Shown here one piece after another: positions 36,171 to 49,700 of a stretch of 64,000 nucleotides of DNA (its first letter is position 1; every line of letters begins with the position of its first letter). The notes under the pieces are model-generated. The model was not told the origin of the DNA, made no database searches, and saw only the letters and a list, made by a program, of their open reading frames with translations. The DNA is taken from contig OZ037772.1 in assembly GCA_964035545.1 (NCBI GenBank), positions 5,150,233 through 5,214,232 of the forward strand. Reading direction: 5' to 3'. The translations under genes and the position numbers were made by a program. Source of the stretch: Bugula neritina. Taxonomy: Eukaryota > Animalia > Bryozoa.

Positions 36171-38971
36171 TTTGGATCATGCCCAATCTCCGTTCGTTCT
36201 CCCGAGCACCTTTTCTATTTCATTGTTATTTATTTACAATTCAAGCACACATAACTCTTCAGTATACACTTCAACTATGATTATCAGTATCAGCATGGCT
36301 ACCAGAAAATAATTAAGATACTTAAGAAAATACTTGATTTGGTCACTGAGTCTGACACTAGTATCAGTACTCTAGTTTTAAATCCTAAATAGTAATACTA
36401 ATAATAAAACTAATTAGTAAATACTAAATAAACTTAATAAGTAATTGTAAAAAGTATCAATTCTAAATTAACTAATATCATTTTTATGTAGGCTATTCAT
36501 TACTTAGTTTACCTCTATAAAATTTAATCATAACGCATCAGCACTGATGGAAAATCTGACAGTAACAGTCTAACACTAAGAGTAAGTCAGTAAGATTGAG
36601 TGACTAACACTAAAATACTTACTCTAAGTCTGACACTATGACTATTAGTATTTGTATCAGTGTGAGTATCACTATGTGACTATCACTATGAGTATCAGTA
36701 TGACTATGACTATGAGTGATACTGATGCCATTGGCATTAGTATAACTATAAGTATTACTATCACTCTATGACTAGGAAGCAGCAGCAGCACTGCCACTAA
36801 CTGTAAGTGCAAAACCAACATTAACCAGCTTATGAATTGAAAAGTTACACAGCGATACTTAGTCTTACACTTACAGTTACACCGACAGTGAGTCCGAACG
36901 GTGAGTGTCAGTGTGACTCAGTTTGAGTTTCACTTTCAGAGCGAGATTGAGATTACTGATTTACTTTTAGATTAAAGTGATTACCGTTAGGGCGTTACGG
37001 ACCTCAACTTGGGATAAAGTAAAGCAAATTGAAATTCCATTTGAACAAGTGATGACAAAGTTGACTTTGTTATAGTATAAGTATAATGCATCTATTAATT
37101 GCCGTTACTGACTGTCACTATCAGCGTGGGTGAAAACGAATGTCTGCGTGCTTGGGCTGAACTGACACTATAATACTGTTTCTACTGTTGCGCGAAAACA
37201 TGCGTAATTTCATTGGTTGTGAGTAGAACGAGAATAATTAGATGCACCGTATGGTTCAGGGTCACCAATCTAATGTGCACCTTTTGAAAAGAGAGCTGCA
37301 CTATTTGACTTTGATGTTGGTGCTGCATCTAGTAATTTTATCAATAACAGTTGGCTAGACGCCGCACCAAGTCAATTTTTTTCAATACCCGATTGAGTAG
37401 CAGAGGGTAACCTACAAAGCAACTTTCGCCAAATAAAAACAAAACGCGAGTAAAAAAGTTGAAGGAATGATAACTTCTTGCATTGATCAATGACTCGCCA
37501 AGCATAATTCCGCAGCTGCATTTTTTATCAAACAGAATGTACCACTTTCGGATATCAAAAGCATCTATATAATATGTCTATAGTAAAAAATCACTTCAGT
37601 ATCTCTGAAGCTTTAATAATTATTCCATTATTATTTACCATTCACAAAAGCATGCAACTATGCATTTTCAGCTAATGCATTGATTGATTATAGCAAATTC
37701 AATTATTTTACCAACAAAAGATTTTCATATCAAGATAACAATATAGTAACTATATTATGCTTAAGCTATAGAATATCTCAAAGCCTGTAGTATGCATGCT
37801 AATCAATTTCAAATCCTATTACTGCCTGAAGTTGCTGTATACACTATAATATTACACTAAAAGAATATAATATGATAAAACCTGCCAAAAAGTTAGGCTA
37901 AAAATACTATAGGCATGTTTATATTATTTTAGTTATGTTTCCAACCCAAACTTCAAACCACTGGCTAGTAACAGAGCCTATGTAGTGGATTAAATTACAG
38001 GTAATATAGCTGTAGCATTTAAAACAACTCTTTATTGATTAAATTGACAAGGAGTTGGTTTATACACTTGTCTAAATTGTTATCAATGGCTGTGAATTAA
38101 GATTCAGGTTCTTATTGAGGATGATAAATATACACACTTATAGAAAAAGCTCATATGCCTGCTGCAGGGATCTCTTGTCCCACTCTATTATATTATATTA
38201 CTTCTTATTGCCTGTATAATTTTGTGCTGGGTAAAAATAGTCTTGTCAGCTTTTTGAAGATAAAAACCTATGAGTCTGACTCAAAACAATTGGTTTTTAT
38301 ATAGCATGAAGCTGTAAAAAGCAGAGTATTGGCATGTATAAATCGAAAATACTTCACAATTTGCGTAAACATTATACAAGAACTTTGTCTGACCACACAC
38401 TTGTGATAATCACACGGAATCGTCTGTTTGACACGAAAACCCAAACGTACTCAATCAAATTTGAGGGAATTCAAACGAAATCCTCTTTGCTCATGGGTGC
38501 ACCCAACGAAGACGATGGACGAAAAAGTGCAATTAATGATGAGCACCATTTGATTGGTCAATAGAATTTTAGTAACGGTAATTATTTCATTTTTACCTTT
38601 GTTTTTGTGCTGTTTGGCAATTTTCTGCTATGAAGGCCAAGCCTTTATAGTTCTAATGTTTTATTATAGTAACTGTAAAACATCTAGCAATATTATAGCT
38701 TATCCAGGAAAGCACTGCTTCTATAAAACTTCGACAGTGGTATTTATATATGTATGTTAATATTATATGATACAATTATTCTAAATAAGCATAAACATCA
38801 TAAGTGAATCACTAGCATAAGGAAAGGCAGTATAAAATAATAATTATAATGATGAATCAAAAGCTGACATCACAACAGTAAATATAAACATGTTTACTTA
38901 ATAGCAAGCACATGACACAACTTATCTAATTTATAACTCTCTTTAAACCCCAATTAGTAAAGCCTCGCTTA

Positions 38972-39314
38972 GCCTAGGGCCACACGGTGCATATTTTCGC
39001 ATGCGAAAATTGAAATCACAAGTAGCAAAGGTGTCCACTGTGCGCGTTGAGAAAACCTTCGCACTTGTCGCTCTGCATTTTCAACGCAAGTGCGAATCGT
39101 CTCTGTCGTCGTCACCTAATTGGCTGGTAGTTATTCAGCGAGCCCAATTTCTTTATTTAATGCTATATTCCAGTAAATTGCGTTTTATTGAAAGCGAGTG
39201 CGATTTAAAAATGAAAGCTTTATTTATCACGCATCACTGACGCTACAGTGGACACCTTTGCTACACGTGATTTTAATTTTCTCATGCGAAAATACGCACA
39301 GTGTGGCCCTAGGC
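38972..39314. mobile_element. PIF/Harbinger-type MITE with ~70-bp TIRs
   Basis: GCCTAGGGCCACAC..GTGTGGCCCTAGGC; 3-bp TSD TTA. Confidence 0.9.
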
Positions 39315-40317
39315 TTAAGGAGGGATCAATGCAGTAATGGAGAAGGTGACATCTTGAACTCTCAATTTATGACCTAAATATTCCTTAGGAAACTCAACTA
39401 AATCATGCTACTGGTATGTGTTTGTTGTTGATCCTAAGTACATATGAGGAATTTGTCTTTGTTTACTAAAATATTCCAAATAAGCCAATTACAAGATTGA
39501 CCTTGTTTTATTATATCTGGTCAGTCTATTATATTGCCTATTGTGTTGTAATATTATATATTTTTTCGATTAGTATAGCATACTATAATATTTTATTCTA
39601 CTGTATTGAGTTACCTATATATCACTACATTAAATGCACGTGTTAGTACACTTGTGCTTACTATGAAATTTACACACTGCCAAACATTTGATACCGATGC
39701 CAAGTTTGCTTCTATACTTCAGCCAAGTTCATTAGCTGCAGGACATAATATTGACAGTTTTGATCGACCTATTTTCGTTCTGCATTTTGACACGCATCAC
39801 TGCCTATTGTATTGAATTGCGCAAGAGTAGAGGCATGTAGATTGTATAATCTAGCCTATATATACTCAGTTAGTTTATCGCAAGCCAAGGCAGTTTCATT
39901 TTGGCTATTGTGCTTGCTTAGTGATAAACTGCGTCAGTCTAAGAGCCTATGTTATTTTACTTGTCAACTAAACTAAAGGACTTTGAATCATTCGCGGAGG
40001 GTGGGTATGAATAGCTCAGTGAATAAGCAGACGTGATTCTGAATAAGCTGGGATATTTCCAGAAAAGAATGTATCTCTGATCAGGAGTTTAAGCCTTCCA
40101 GGAGCCCATTTTCAGTCAAACTTGAAGTTTCTTTAGGTAAGTAGAATATTATGCTATTTGTGGCTTAGTATGAGCTCTGTAAACCCGATTGTCTAAACTC
40201 TTAGTATATCAATGTCTTCAGCTAGCTCTGAGCTCTAAGCCAAGGAGTAAGAGCCATGCTTCTCTGTGAAACTAATTATCTCTCTATCTGTGAGAGGGTG
40301 TCTGAAACACCCTCTCT

Positions 40318-40414
40318 GTACTGTTGAATTTACCCAGTAGCCCCTGTGGTGTAATAGTAGGTATTGCGCCTGTTTGCAAGCCAGGGGTTTCGGGTTAGAA
40401 TCCCAGCGGAGGGC
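40318..40414 (+). mobile_element. SINE family 1
   Basis: Leader tgttgaatttacccagt plus tRNA-like body. Confidence 0.75.
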
Positions 40415-40548
40415 AAAATTATTTTATAAGCTATTTTGGCCTTTAGTGAAGTGTAGTAGTACTCCGAGGGAGTTGAGAGGCCAGGGGGAGCCTGAGGACT
40501 GAAGGCTAGTAGTAGATAGGCCAGTGGAGTTCAGAGAACTGGGTGGAA

Positions 40549-40646
40549 TGTAGTGTTGAGTTCACCCAGTGACCGCTCCCCCCCCCCCCCAGTGGTGTAC
40601 TCCTACTTGCAAGCCGTAGGTCTCAGGTTCGAATCCCAGTGAGCGC
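40549..40646 (+). mobile_element. SINE family 1, with a poly-C expansion
   Basis: Leader gtagtgttgagttcacccagt; B box GGTTCGAATCC. Confidence 0.65.
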
Positions 40647-41394
40647 TAAATTACTTCATACTCTCCGATAATTTAGACTTCTATCTGAAGAGATGGGTCT
40701 AAGTGGAAGTGTGACCCTCGTTTAACAAAAAATTCTTTCAAACAAATGACTATTGTAAATCTATGCGTCAGGTCTTGTTATAGCTGGTATAGCTCTGCAG
40801 CATTTCATTTTATATCCACCACTTTCTGTCCTATCTTTTATCCACCACTTTCTAAACCTGTTGTGAGGTCGAAGGTGTATCGTCCAAGTCAAATGTTTGA
40901 CCCCTAAGGTTTCAAGGTCACTGCTAGACAGCAAGTTATCAGTTCATCAGTTGATTATAATATATCTCATAGCATATATAATATACTACCAGTATTATCT
41001 ATTATATATCTCATAGCATATATGATATACTATCAGTATGCTACTATTATATTCTGCTATGTCTACTAGAGTTAGCAGGCTACTATACAAGTAATATAAT
41101 ATATATGCTATCAAATCTACTATAATATAGCATACATAGTATCATTACATATTGTAATATACTATATATACTACTATATATACTACCTATACTATCAATT
41201 TTATACTACATCTACTAGCTATAGTATACTATCAGTATCATAATAATATGTATTATACTATAACATCTGCCAGTAGATATAGGAATTAAAGCATACAATA
41301 TCATTCAACCAGGAACTATATTATATCAACATTGAAATCATATTATGTGTTGCCAAAAACTCTATCTTTTGGCACAAGTATCACCTTACTAAAA

Positions 41395-41735
41395 CTATAC
41401 TACTGTGCTATGCTACTGTAACTGCTATAACTATACTATGCTATGCTACTACCACTACTATAATAACTATACTATACTACTGTGCTATACTACTGTAACT
41501 GCTATAACTATACTATGCTATGCTACTACCACTACTATAACTATACTATATTACTATGTGTGCTACTGTAACTGCTATAACTATAATACGCTATGCTATT
41601 GTAACTATACTACAACTAAACTATAATATGCTGCTGTAATTACTATAAGTATATTTTTACTATGCTACTGTAACTGCTATATAACTGTCCTAGATGCTAC
41701 TACAATTACTATAATATAACTATACTGTGTTATAA
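41395..41735. repeat. Low-complexity (actat / gctac) satellite
   Basis: Direct inspection. Confidence 0.8.
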
Positions 41736-41856
41736 CTCTGTGAGTTTAGAGTTTGGCCAACAATGTCTATATACGATTTCTGCCCTCAGTTACCCCGTTG
41801 CTCTGTGCTGCATCTAACAATATTTTTAGCTAGTTACTGCATCCTCGGACTTAGAG

Positions 41857-42197
41857 CAGGGCTGTTCAACAGGCTGCCCTAGGGCTGGATGTGGCCCCCA
41901 GCCTACATTTATGTGGCCCTCGAAGGCATAAAGCTAAAATAATTTTTCAAGGTGTACATGAATTAAAGTGAAAAGCCACCTTTTAAATGCCTAATTTATA
42001 CAAATAAAACAAAAAATGCAGCCGGCAGTTACTATTGGGACTTAATTGTGTAATGATTCATAAAGTTTTGGAATAAAGTAGTTTGAAAAAATTGCTGATT
42101 CTGTGGCCCCCAGCACAAGCTGAAGCTTACAATGTGGCCCTTACCATGACATATTCCATTCCTGTGGCCCTCGGTCTGAAAAAGTTGGACACCCCTG
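41857..42197 (+). mobile_element. Complete hAT (Charlie-like) MITE
   Basis: TIRs CAGGGCTGTTCAAC / CAGGGGTGTCCAAC, perfect 8-bp TSD ACTTAGAG, subterminal TGGCCC motifs. Confidence 0.92.
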
Positions 42198-42330
42198 ACT
42201 TAGAGCCTCAATGTAGAGCTTGAATTCTACTGGAAAAAAAGCACTTCTTTACTATAAACCAAATGAACCATAAAGAAGTTTTGGCTATGATTATCTTATG
42301 CAACAGCTTGAATCTTCTATTGTTTTTCAG

Positions 42331-42390
42331 GTCTCTTTGCTGAGCAAACAACCGTACGACCGTACCACCATACCTAGAGATCAGTGTTTG
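42331..42390 (+). other. Candidate 5'-UTR exon of the ankyrin gene
   Basis: tgtttttcAG acceptor and tg|GTAAGT donor bracket 60 nt. The ATG exon has its own acceptor (46395-46396), so upstream exon(s) are expected. Another strong donor lies at 40137. Confidence 0.3.
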
Positions 42391-45300
42391 GTAAGTGAGA
42401 GCTCTATTCCTATACTATTAGTTTTCCATTTTACTCTGACATGCAGAGTTGTCTTCTTTCTTTATCTGTGAAACAAACAGATATTAAACTTAGAAGTGTA
42501 TTGGTTTGTTAACTCTTGTTCTATCACATGTCAGTGGCAGGTGCTATAAATGGGAATTCTGACACCTGCTAGCACTTGTTACACCAGTTTATTGAGTCTA
42601 TTGGGTATTGATCATGGAAAATATTTTATATTATAATTATATAGAAAGGTGGAAGCAATGTTGATAAGCAGAAATTTCAAAACCTATCTGGTAAAAAAAG
42701 AATTTATAAGTGTTCCCTCCGTATCTCACTGAGCTACGGTCCTAAAACCTCAATTCCTGACATAGTAGAACACTATATTTAACTCATGGTTCAGTTAGAT
42801 TCGGCCATTTTGTCCCTATCTACACACACATGCCACAAAAACAGGGGGGGGGGGTACAAGCCCTCTCCTGACCTATGGATTTTTATGTGAACTATATCCG
42901 CTCGACGTAGAAGGAGCACTGTACTGTGCTATGCTCCCTTATTTTTTGCTTAAGCAAATGACAAGTAAAAGCTGTTAGATTCGTTAAACAAGTTACCAAG
43001 TGACTGTAGGCCTACTATTGCTTGGTAACATGGCCAACACAAAGTCTTACGACTTAGAGCTATATGCACACAATTCTTTGATAATGTTTCTTATCAGTTG
43101 CTCCGCTTGGCTAATATTTAATTTATCAGCTGTCTTTCAGTTTGCTTATACGAACACTATCTTGATTCTTAACAAATTCCACAAACTTAAAGAGTCTTAT
43201 AAACTGAAACTGTGAGATATTGCTGTTTTAACAGCATATAATGGCATTGGTGTGCATATATTAGATATTCACCTGGCTGGTTGTTATCAAAGTTTAATTA
43301 ATCAGTTTAAAATTCAATTTCTTTATTTTAACAATATGTTGCTGGCCAGCCTATCACTGCGTTTCCATGACTGCACATAATGCGAATGAATGCTTCGTAC
43401 GGATTATTTGTGGTTTGTGGTTTGCATTAACTTATAGTTGTGGTTTCATCCGATGTAACTGTTTCCATTAGCCGAATGAAAAAATCCATTCGCATAATGC
43501 GATAATGGAAACGCAGTGTTTGTCTTTGATTTAGGTTCTACTATAGTCACTTTGAACTGCCAGTAGCTTTCTTCAACTTGATGTTTATATTTGATACAGT
43601 GAACTGCTCTGTTATGTAACCTACATGACAACCAACAGGACATTTTGTTTATTAGCTGTAATTTTAGGAAATAATCTATAAGTTGGGGGGGTAACTGAGT
43701 GCCCTAACTTCGAGTTCAAGAACTCCAACTACTGCCCACATTCACCCTCAATTCACAGCTGCTTATAGACCAATTCTAACTTTAGTAGCCAAACCCAGTA
43801 ATGTAGGATTTTTAACTCTACTTCAAATAGTATAGATCCTAAAATTTAAAGTATAAAGAGTATATATAGAGTATATATAAGTATATAAAAAGTATATATA
43901 AAGAGTATATAAGCTTAAATCGGCATCATTGTCAGCAACCCAACGTAATCTTTGACCCTTTATTCATGTGTCATGACATCTCTAGCGTTTTATAAATTTA
44001 TTACCTCATAAATGTTTTTGCCATCTACATACATAACATGTGCCTTATAGTCTTGGTGATATGAACTATAACATGGGAGTTATCACCCCTGGCACCAGTT
44101 ATACACATAGTTATAGTATAAATAACAGATGTACAACGATTGATTATTGGACATGAAGGAATTTCTAATAACTTGCTTCAAAGGCAAAAAGCATTTACTG
44201 CTTGTAGCCCAAGTATATTTACAGGAAACTATGTTGTTTGTAAGCAGGCTTTTGAGCAGAATTAAAAGCTAAAGGAACATAGCTGATATCTTTCCTCTAT
44301 ATAGGCAGTAATCTTTGGCTGGTAAATCATAAACTGGCTTAAGGGAGATAACTCTGTGCTTTCAAATTAATTACGCACCCGGTATACAATGCAGCACTTG
44401 AAAATTTTTGTTTTTTTATCATCAATCCTATAAAGCAATTTGACATAATTTATAATATATCACGAACTACACACTGTCTAACATTCAGCAGAAACTAACC
44501 ACTACAAATGATTTCCTCCTGCTTTGCAGCAATTCACAAGCAACACTAGTGTTTGCATGTGTATAACCTGGCAGGTATCTTATCTGTAGCCAGATGCCTC
44601 ATTTCTCAGTAGTCCTTTCAAGTAAAGGGTTAAAGGGCACATATTATAAAGCATTTGGGAGCAGTAGTTCAGAGGTTAAGATAGCCTAACTTTTTTATTA
44701 CGTCTTGGCTTGGGGCATGGGTTGGAATTCTTGGGAGAACATAACTTCTTTTACTAGATTTCTAATCTAGAACACAAGCTAGCTTTTCTAAATTTCTCCA
44801 TTACCAGACCAACTTCGGAATATATATTACACTGCTTTCAAGTTGCCATGCAACACATTGTGTAGTTGGTAGTATATATAAGAAGTAATAAGAGATTGGC
44901 ATTGTTTGAAGATCAAAAGGAAAAATGTCCTATTCTCTGATAAAACCAGTACTTTTGTAAGTTGACTTTAATGTAAGTGGAAATTATAAATACAATTTGC
45001 TCAGGACAATAGTCGACAAATTATTGACAAGAATATATGAAGAGAATTTATATCTGCTATTACTAATAAGGCTTTCATAATATATTAAGAGAATAATATA
45101 TTGTTGTGAATTTACCTATCCACTAATTACTGGGTATTTAGAGCTAATGTAATACTGCCAAGTTTCGAGTAAGAAAGAGTTTATTTAAGCCAAAAGATAA
45201 GCAAATAACTAACTACTCCACAAGTAAGAAAAACACTACATAATTATGGATAGCAGAGCACAACCTATCTAATTCAATGCCACTATCCAACTGCGCTTAT

Positions 45301-46414
45301 TCAAATGCAGTTATCCAACTGCACTTATTCAACTGCGCTTATTCAAGTGCGCTGTCAATCAACGCTAATTAGCCAGCCTCAGTTATATCGTAAGCTGCTA
45401 TTCATTGTCTGAGAGTTAGTAGACGAAGTACTAGGCTAGATGTACGACCCCTCTAGTATACTTGGAATACTAGAGAGAGATAGGCTTGGAATTGTCTGTT
45501 CGATATACCAGAGGATAACTCCATGTCCTCTTACAATATGTATGTTATTCCCTTGTCATTATTGTCTTACTCAGTAAGATCATGAGTATTTATCTTTGGT
45601 TTCCAAAAGTAATGGAATGTTTATTGTTCTATTATAAGACGATTACCTTATAAATATCACATTATTTAGTAACACCTTAGCTTTAGAAGAAATTTACCTA
45701 TAGTTACCCTGTTTAAAGTGACTACTCCATTCCATATTGAAAGTATTATCAACATTTTCAAAGCCACTCAAGGTGGGTGGATAGAGGGGGCGTATCCATG
45801 ATAAGCCTTAATTTATCAAAGATATGACGAGGTAGCTTATATATTCAGGTGTACTAAATTATGTAACTAAAATAACCCAATCTCTAACTACATTTCCATG
45901 CCTCATGCCATGTGCGAATAGATTTTTTATTTGATGTTTGGAAGCAGTTGCATCGAAGGAAAAGGTTTTTCCCACCATTCAGATTCATAGAATACCATGG
46001 AAACGTAGTGTACAATTAAACTCTATAGCTACTGTCATTGATTGCATTAGCAAAATGTATATATATATCTGAGTAGCGGTGAGACATATAGGAAAGATTT
46101 ACTCGCACTTTTGTCCAACTGAATGCTAGGATAATGTATGTGTCAGAAATAAAAAGAGTTAAATCGCTCACATTTGTGAAATTAAAGTATTCAATCAACG
46201 TCTGTTAGTTTTTTAGACTTACTTTAAACCCTTTTGTCTTATATATTTCTTATATTAGAGTTTTGTCTTGTCATAGGTGCTAGCGTTTTTTGTGTTAGTG
46301 TATGCTGATTGCACTTGTAAATCAGGGTAAAGAAAGCTTTAGTTTTTGTGACAGTAGAGTATAAATCATTCAACAATGTTAACTTGTTTCTTTTAGATCT
46401 CAGCAGGAAGTCTG

Positions 46415-46708
46415 ATGGCCATCACCAGTGACAAAGACACATTAAAAGAGTGTCTTCTGAAAAAAGACACAAACGGATTCGAAAAGGCGTTGGAGGATAT
46501 TCCGGATGGGGAGCTAAGAGAGTTTCTGTTACAAGACGCCTGGACAGATCTCTTTAACCAGACTCACATTGGTCTCTTCAGCCTAGTTATTTTATGCAAA
46601 GGTTGGCAATCTTTCTGTTATATTTAACAGCAGGTTTATGTTATAGAATCTCTAACACACTTCACTTATGCAGTACTAAAATATTCAACTATATTCAATA
46701 TATGTTAC

Positions 46709-46799
<91 letters not shown>

Positions 46800-49700
46800 T
46801 AGTTTCTGTATTCTGGTGTGTGTGTGTGTGCGTGCGTGCGTGCACGCGAGCGTGCGTGTGTGTGTTAACTGTTATTTGTGTTTATATCTTATTTTGATGA
46901 TCTTTTATTTGCTCTTATCAATATTTCTGAGCCTTTACAAAATTGCTTTTATCAACAATGCTCTTTCTGTTAGATGCGGAATGGGAGAAAATATTCGAAC
47001 AAGTAATAGTTAAACTCTCAGCAGCTGACTGCGTTTCGATTTTGGAAACAGTTGACTCCAACGGAAACAACATCTTACATTATCTCAACAAACATCAACT
47101 GACCTCTACTGCAAATTTGCTATTAGACAACCTTTCAAAGGAAGTGAAATTTCATTTGATGACAAAACAAAATAAAGATGGAAATACGCCTTTACACTCA
47201 GCTGTAGAAGGAAACAATGTCATTTGGGTTAGAACATATGTCGAGGTGTTAAAAAGCTCCGAACCAGAAGATTTAGAAGTAATTTCTGAGATGGTCAATA
47301 ACAATGGATACAGCCCTCTGCATCTGGCAGTGAGCCAAAGCACACCAGATGTGGTGAAACAATTACTCAGCGATATGACACCATGTCAACGAAAAAAGAC
47401 CATTAAAAAATGTCGTGTTAAAGAATACCAGGAGCTGTGTGCTGACTTAGGTCAGTTTGAGTACATAAATAGAAGGTATAAAGAAAATTCTTTACACTTG
47501 GCAATCAAAAGCAAGCAAGAGAAAATTATCCAAGTCTTGCTGCAAGGTCTCCTATCGAAAGATCTACTCAGCATCATCATGGAGAGAAACTCAGATGGCG
47601 AAACAGCCGTTCATTTAGCAGTAAAGGACGGTTCTTATGAGATGTTGATGTTGATGCTAAAGCCTTTAGAATTAGGTGATCTTTTGGAAGCCCTTGATGA
47701 AAAGGAACGGCTCACCAATGAAAATGTCTTACAATTAATTATTAGAAGAGAAAGAATGGAGATGTTAACACTTTTGATTGAAGTTTTATCTAAAAGTACA
47801 GCTGCACTAACTAACTTTGAAATGCAAAGCTGGCCCAAAAATATTTGTATTGCAGCGTTACGCACAGCAATTGCATTCTCAAATCAAGAGGCATTTGAAA
47901 GTTTATTGAAAGTTGTGAAAAGTATAACAAACTGTTTGACCATTGAAAGGATTGGGGATGAACAAGAAAATCTGCTTCAGTATGTTGTGAGATATGGTAA
48001 TGAAGAGTTACTTGAATCGCTGAAAGGAGTTTTAGATGTAAAAGGGTGGAGTGATGCCTTGTTGTACTGTGACAGGGCAAAAAACAATGCCCTTCAACTT
48101 TCCATTGTCCATGCTAAATTAAAAGCATTACGTTATATGCAAGACACCACTAGTTCAGATCATGAAACTTGGGAAAAGGCTCTCTTTCAACAGAACTCTC
48201 GCCAAAATAACATTTTACATGAAGCCGCAAAGTTTGGCAACTTTGAAATTTTTGAAAAATTTCTGAAGTCATTAGGTGAAGAAAAGCAATTGGAAATTAT
48301 TTCCCAACTAAATCGGACCCAAGAAACAGTACTGCATATAGCTGTGCAACATAGAAACCCAGCAATAGTTGAAAAACTGTTGGACATTTTGAGCAAGGAC
48401 CCTGAGCAGCTCAAAAAAATATATACTTCATCAAACCCAAATACTATCCTACATCTAGCAGTAAGTATTAAGCATGAAAAGATTTCATGTTTTCTACTAG
48501 AAAATCTTTCATCAATTTTGGAAGCAAATTCTGAAGAGATTTTAGAAATTTTAGGCACCGTTAATAAAAGTGGAAACACTGTTCTTCAAGCGGCTGTAGA
48601 AACTGGTTCCACAAAAATCATTGAAAAAATTCTAAAAATACTAAGCCCTAAAACTTGCGAGCAATTACTAACACACTCAAATAAAAACGGGAAAAATGCT
48701 CTCCATTTAGCAGTAATGACAAAAAAGCCAAGTATTTTGAATTTGCTTTTAAACAGTTGTTCATTGATTGAGCGAAAGAAGTTACTAAACCAAGAAGATC
48801 ATGAGAGCTTTACTCCTAGGTCATTAGCCATAAAGTTCCAAATGATAGAGGTTGTTAGCGCTATACTTTACGCGTTGCACAATGAGGAGGTTTCACCTGA
48901 GCACAATGCCCTTCAGGAGGCAATTGGCAGTGCTGACAAAAAAGCATTTATTGAAATTCTGAAGGAGACGTCTCCCCACTTAAGCTCAGATCTCAATGCG
49001 GAAGATCCCTTGATGCACTTGGCCATACAATCAGGCAACCTCCAAATGCTAAAGGTTTTATTGAAGTTTCCAATTCAGAAATATTCTGGACACTCTCAGT
49101 CAAGTATACCATTTGCAGAGCAGGAAAACTCAGATGGTGAAAATGCTATATTTGTGGCAACTCGCCTAAAAAGTGATGAAGCATTGCGATTGCTGCTTGT
49201 CAACCGAATGCCATCTCTTGTTTTCTCTAGGAATAAAAAAGAAGACACTGCATGTCATATTGCAGCTGAGAAAGATGATGTTGAAAGACTGAACATTATA
49301 TTATCATCCCTTGATGCTAACTTAAAGCTCAGAGCGTTAAAGCTATGTAACACTGATAAAAAAAATGTTCTGTGCTCTGCTGTCGGTAGTGGTGGACTAG
49401 AGTGTCTTAAGTACATCATCCGAACAGTTCCTTCAGCACAGGGTTTGGAAGACTTAATTGTAGACCCTAGAGGCACTAGTGCCCTCAAGCTAGCTGAAAA
49501 ATTACATCACAATGAAGCTTTGAGAGAACTTAGTGGCCATGTTAGAGCTCAAAAAGTGCAATACAGTGATCTGGTACCTAAAATTCAACCTGGCAATGAA
49601 CAAGAGGTGGCAGATTTTCTCAAAACTCTGAACGTATCTGAAATGACAAATGTACTTGGGGAAGAAGACGAAAATAAAAGCAATGTTCTGCATGTTGCTG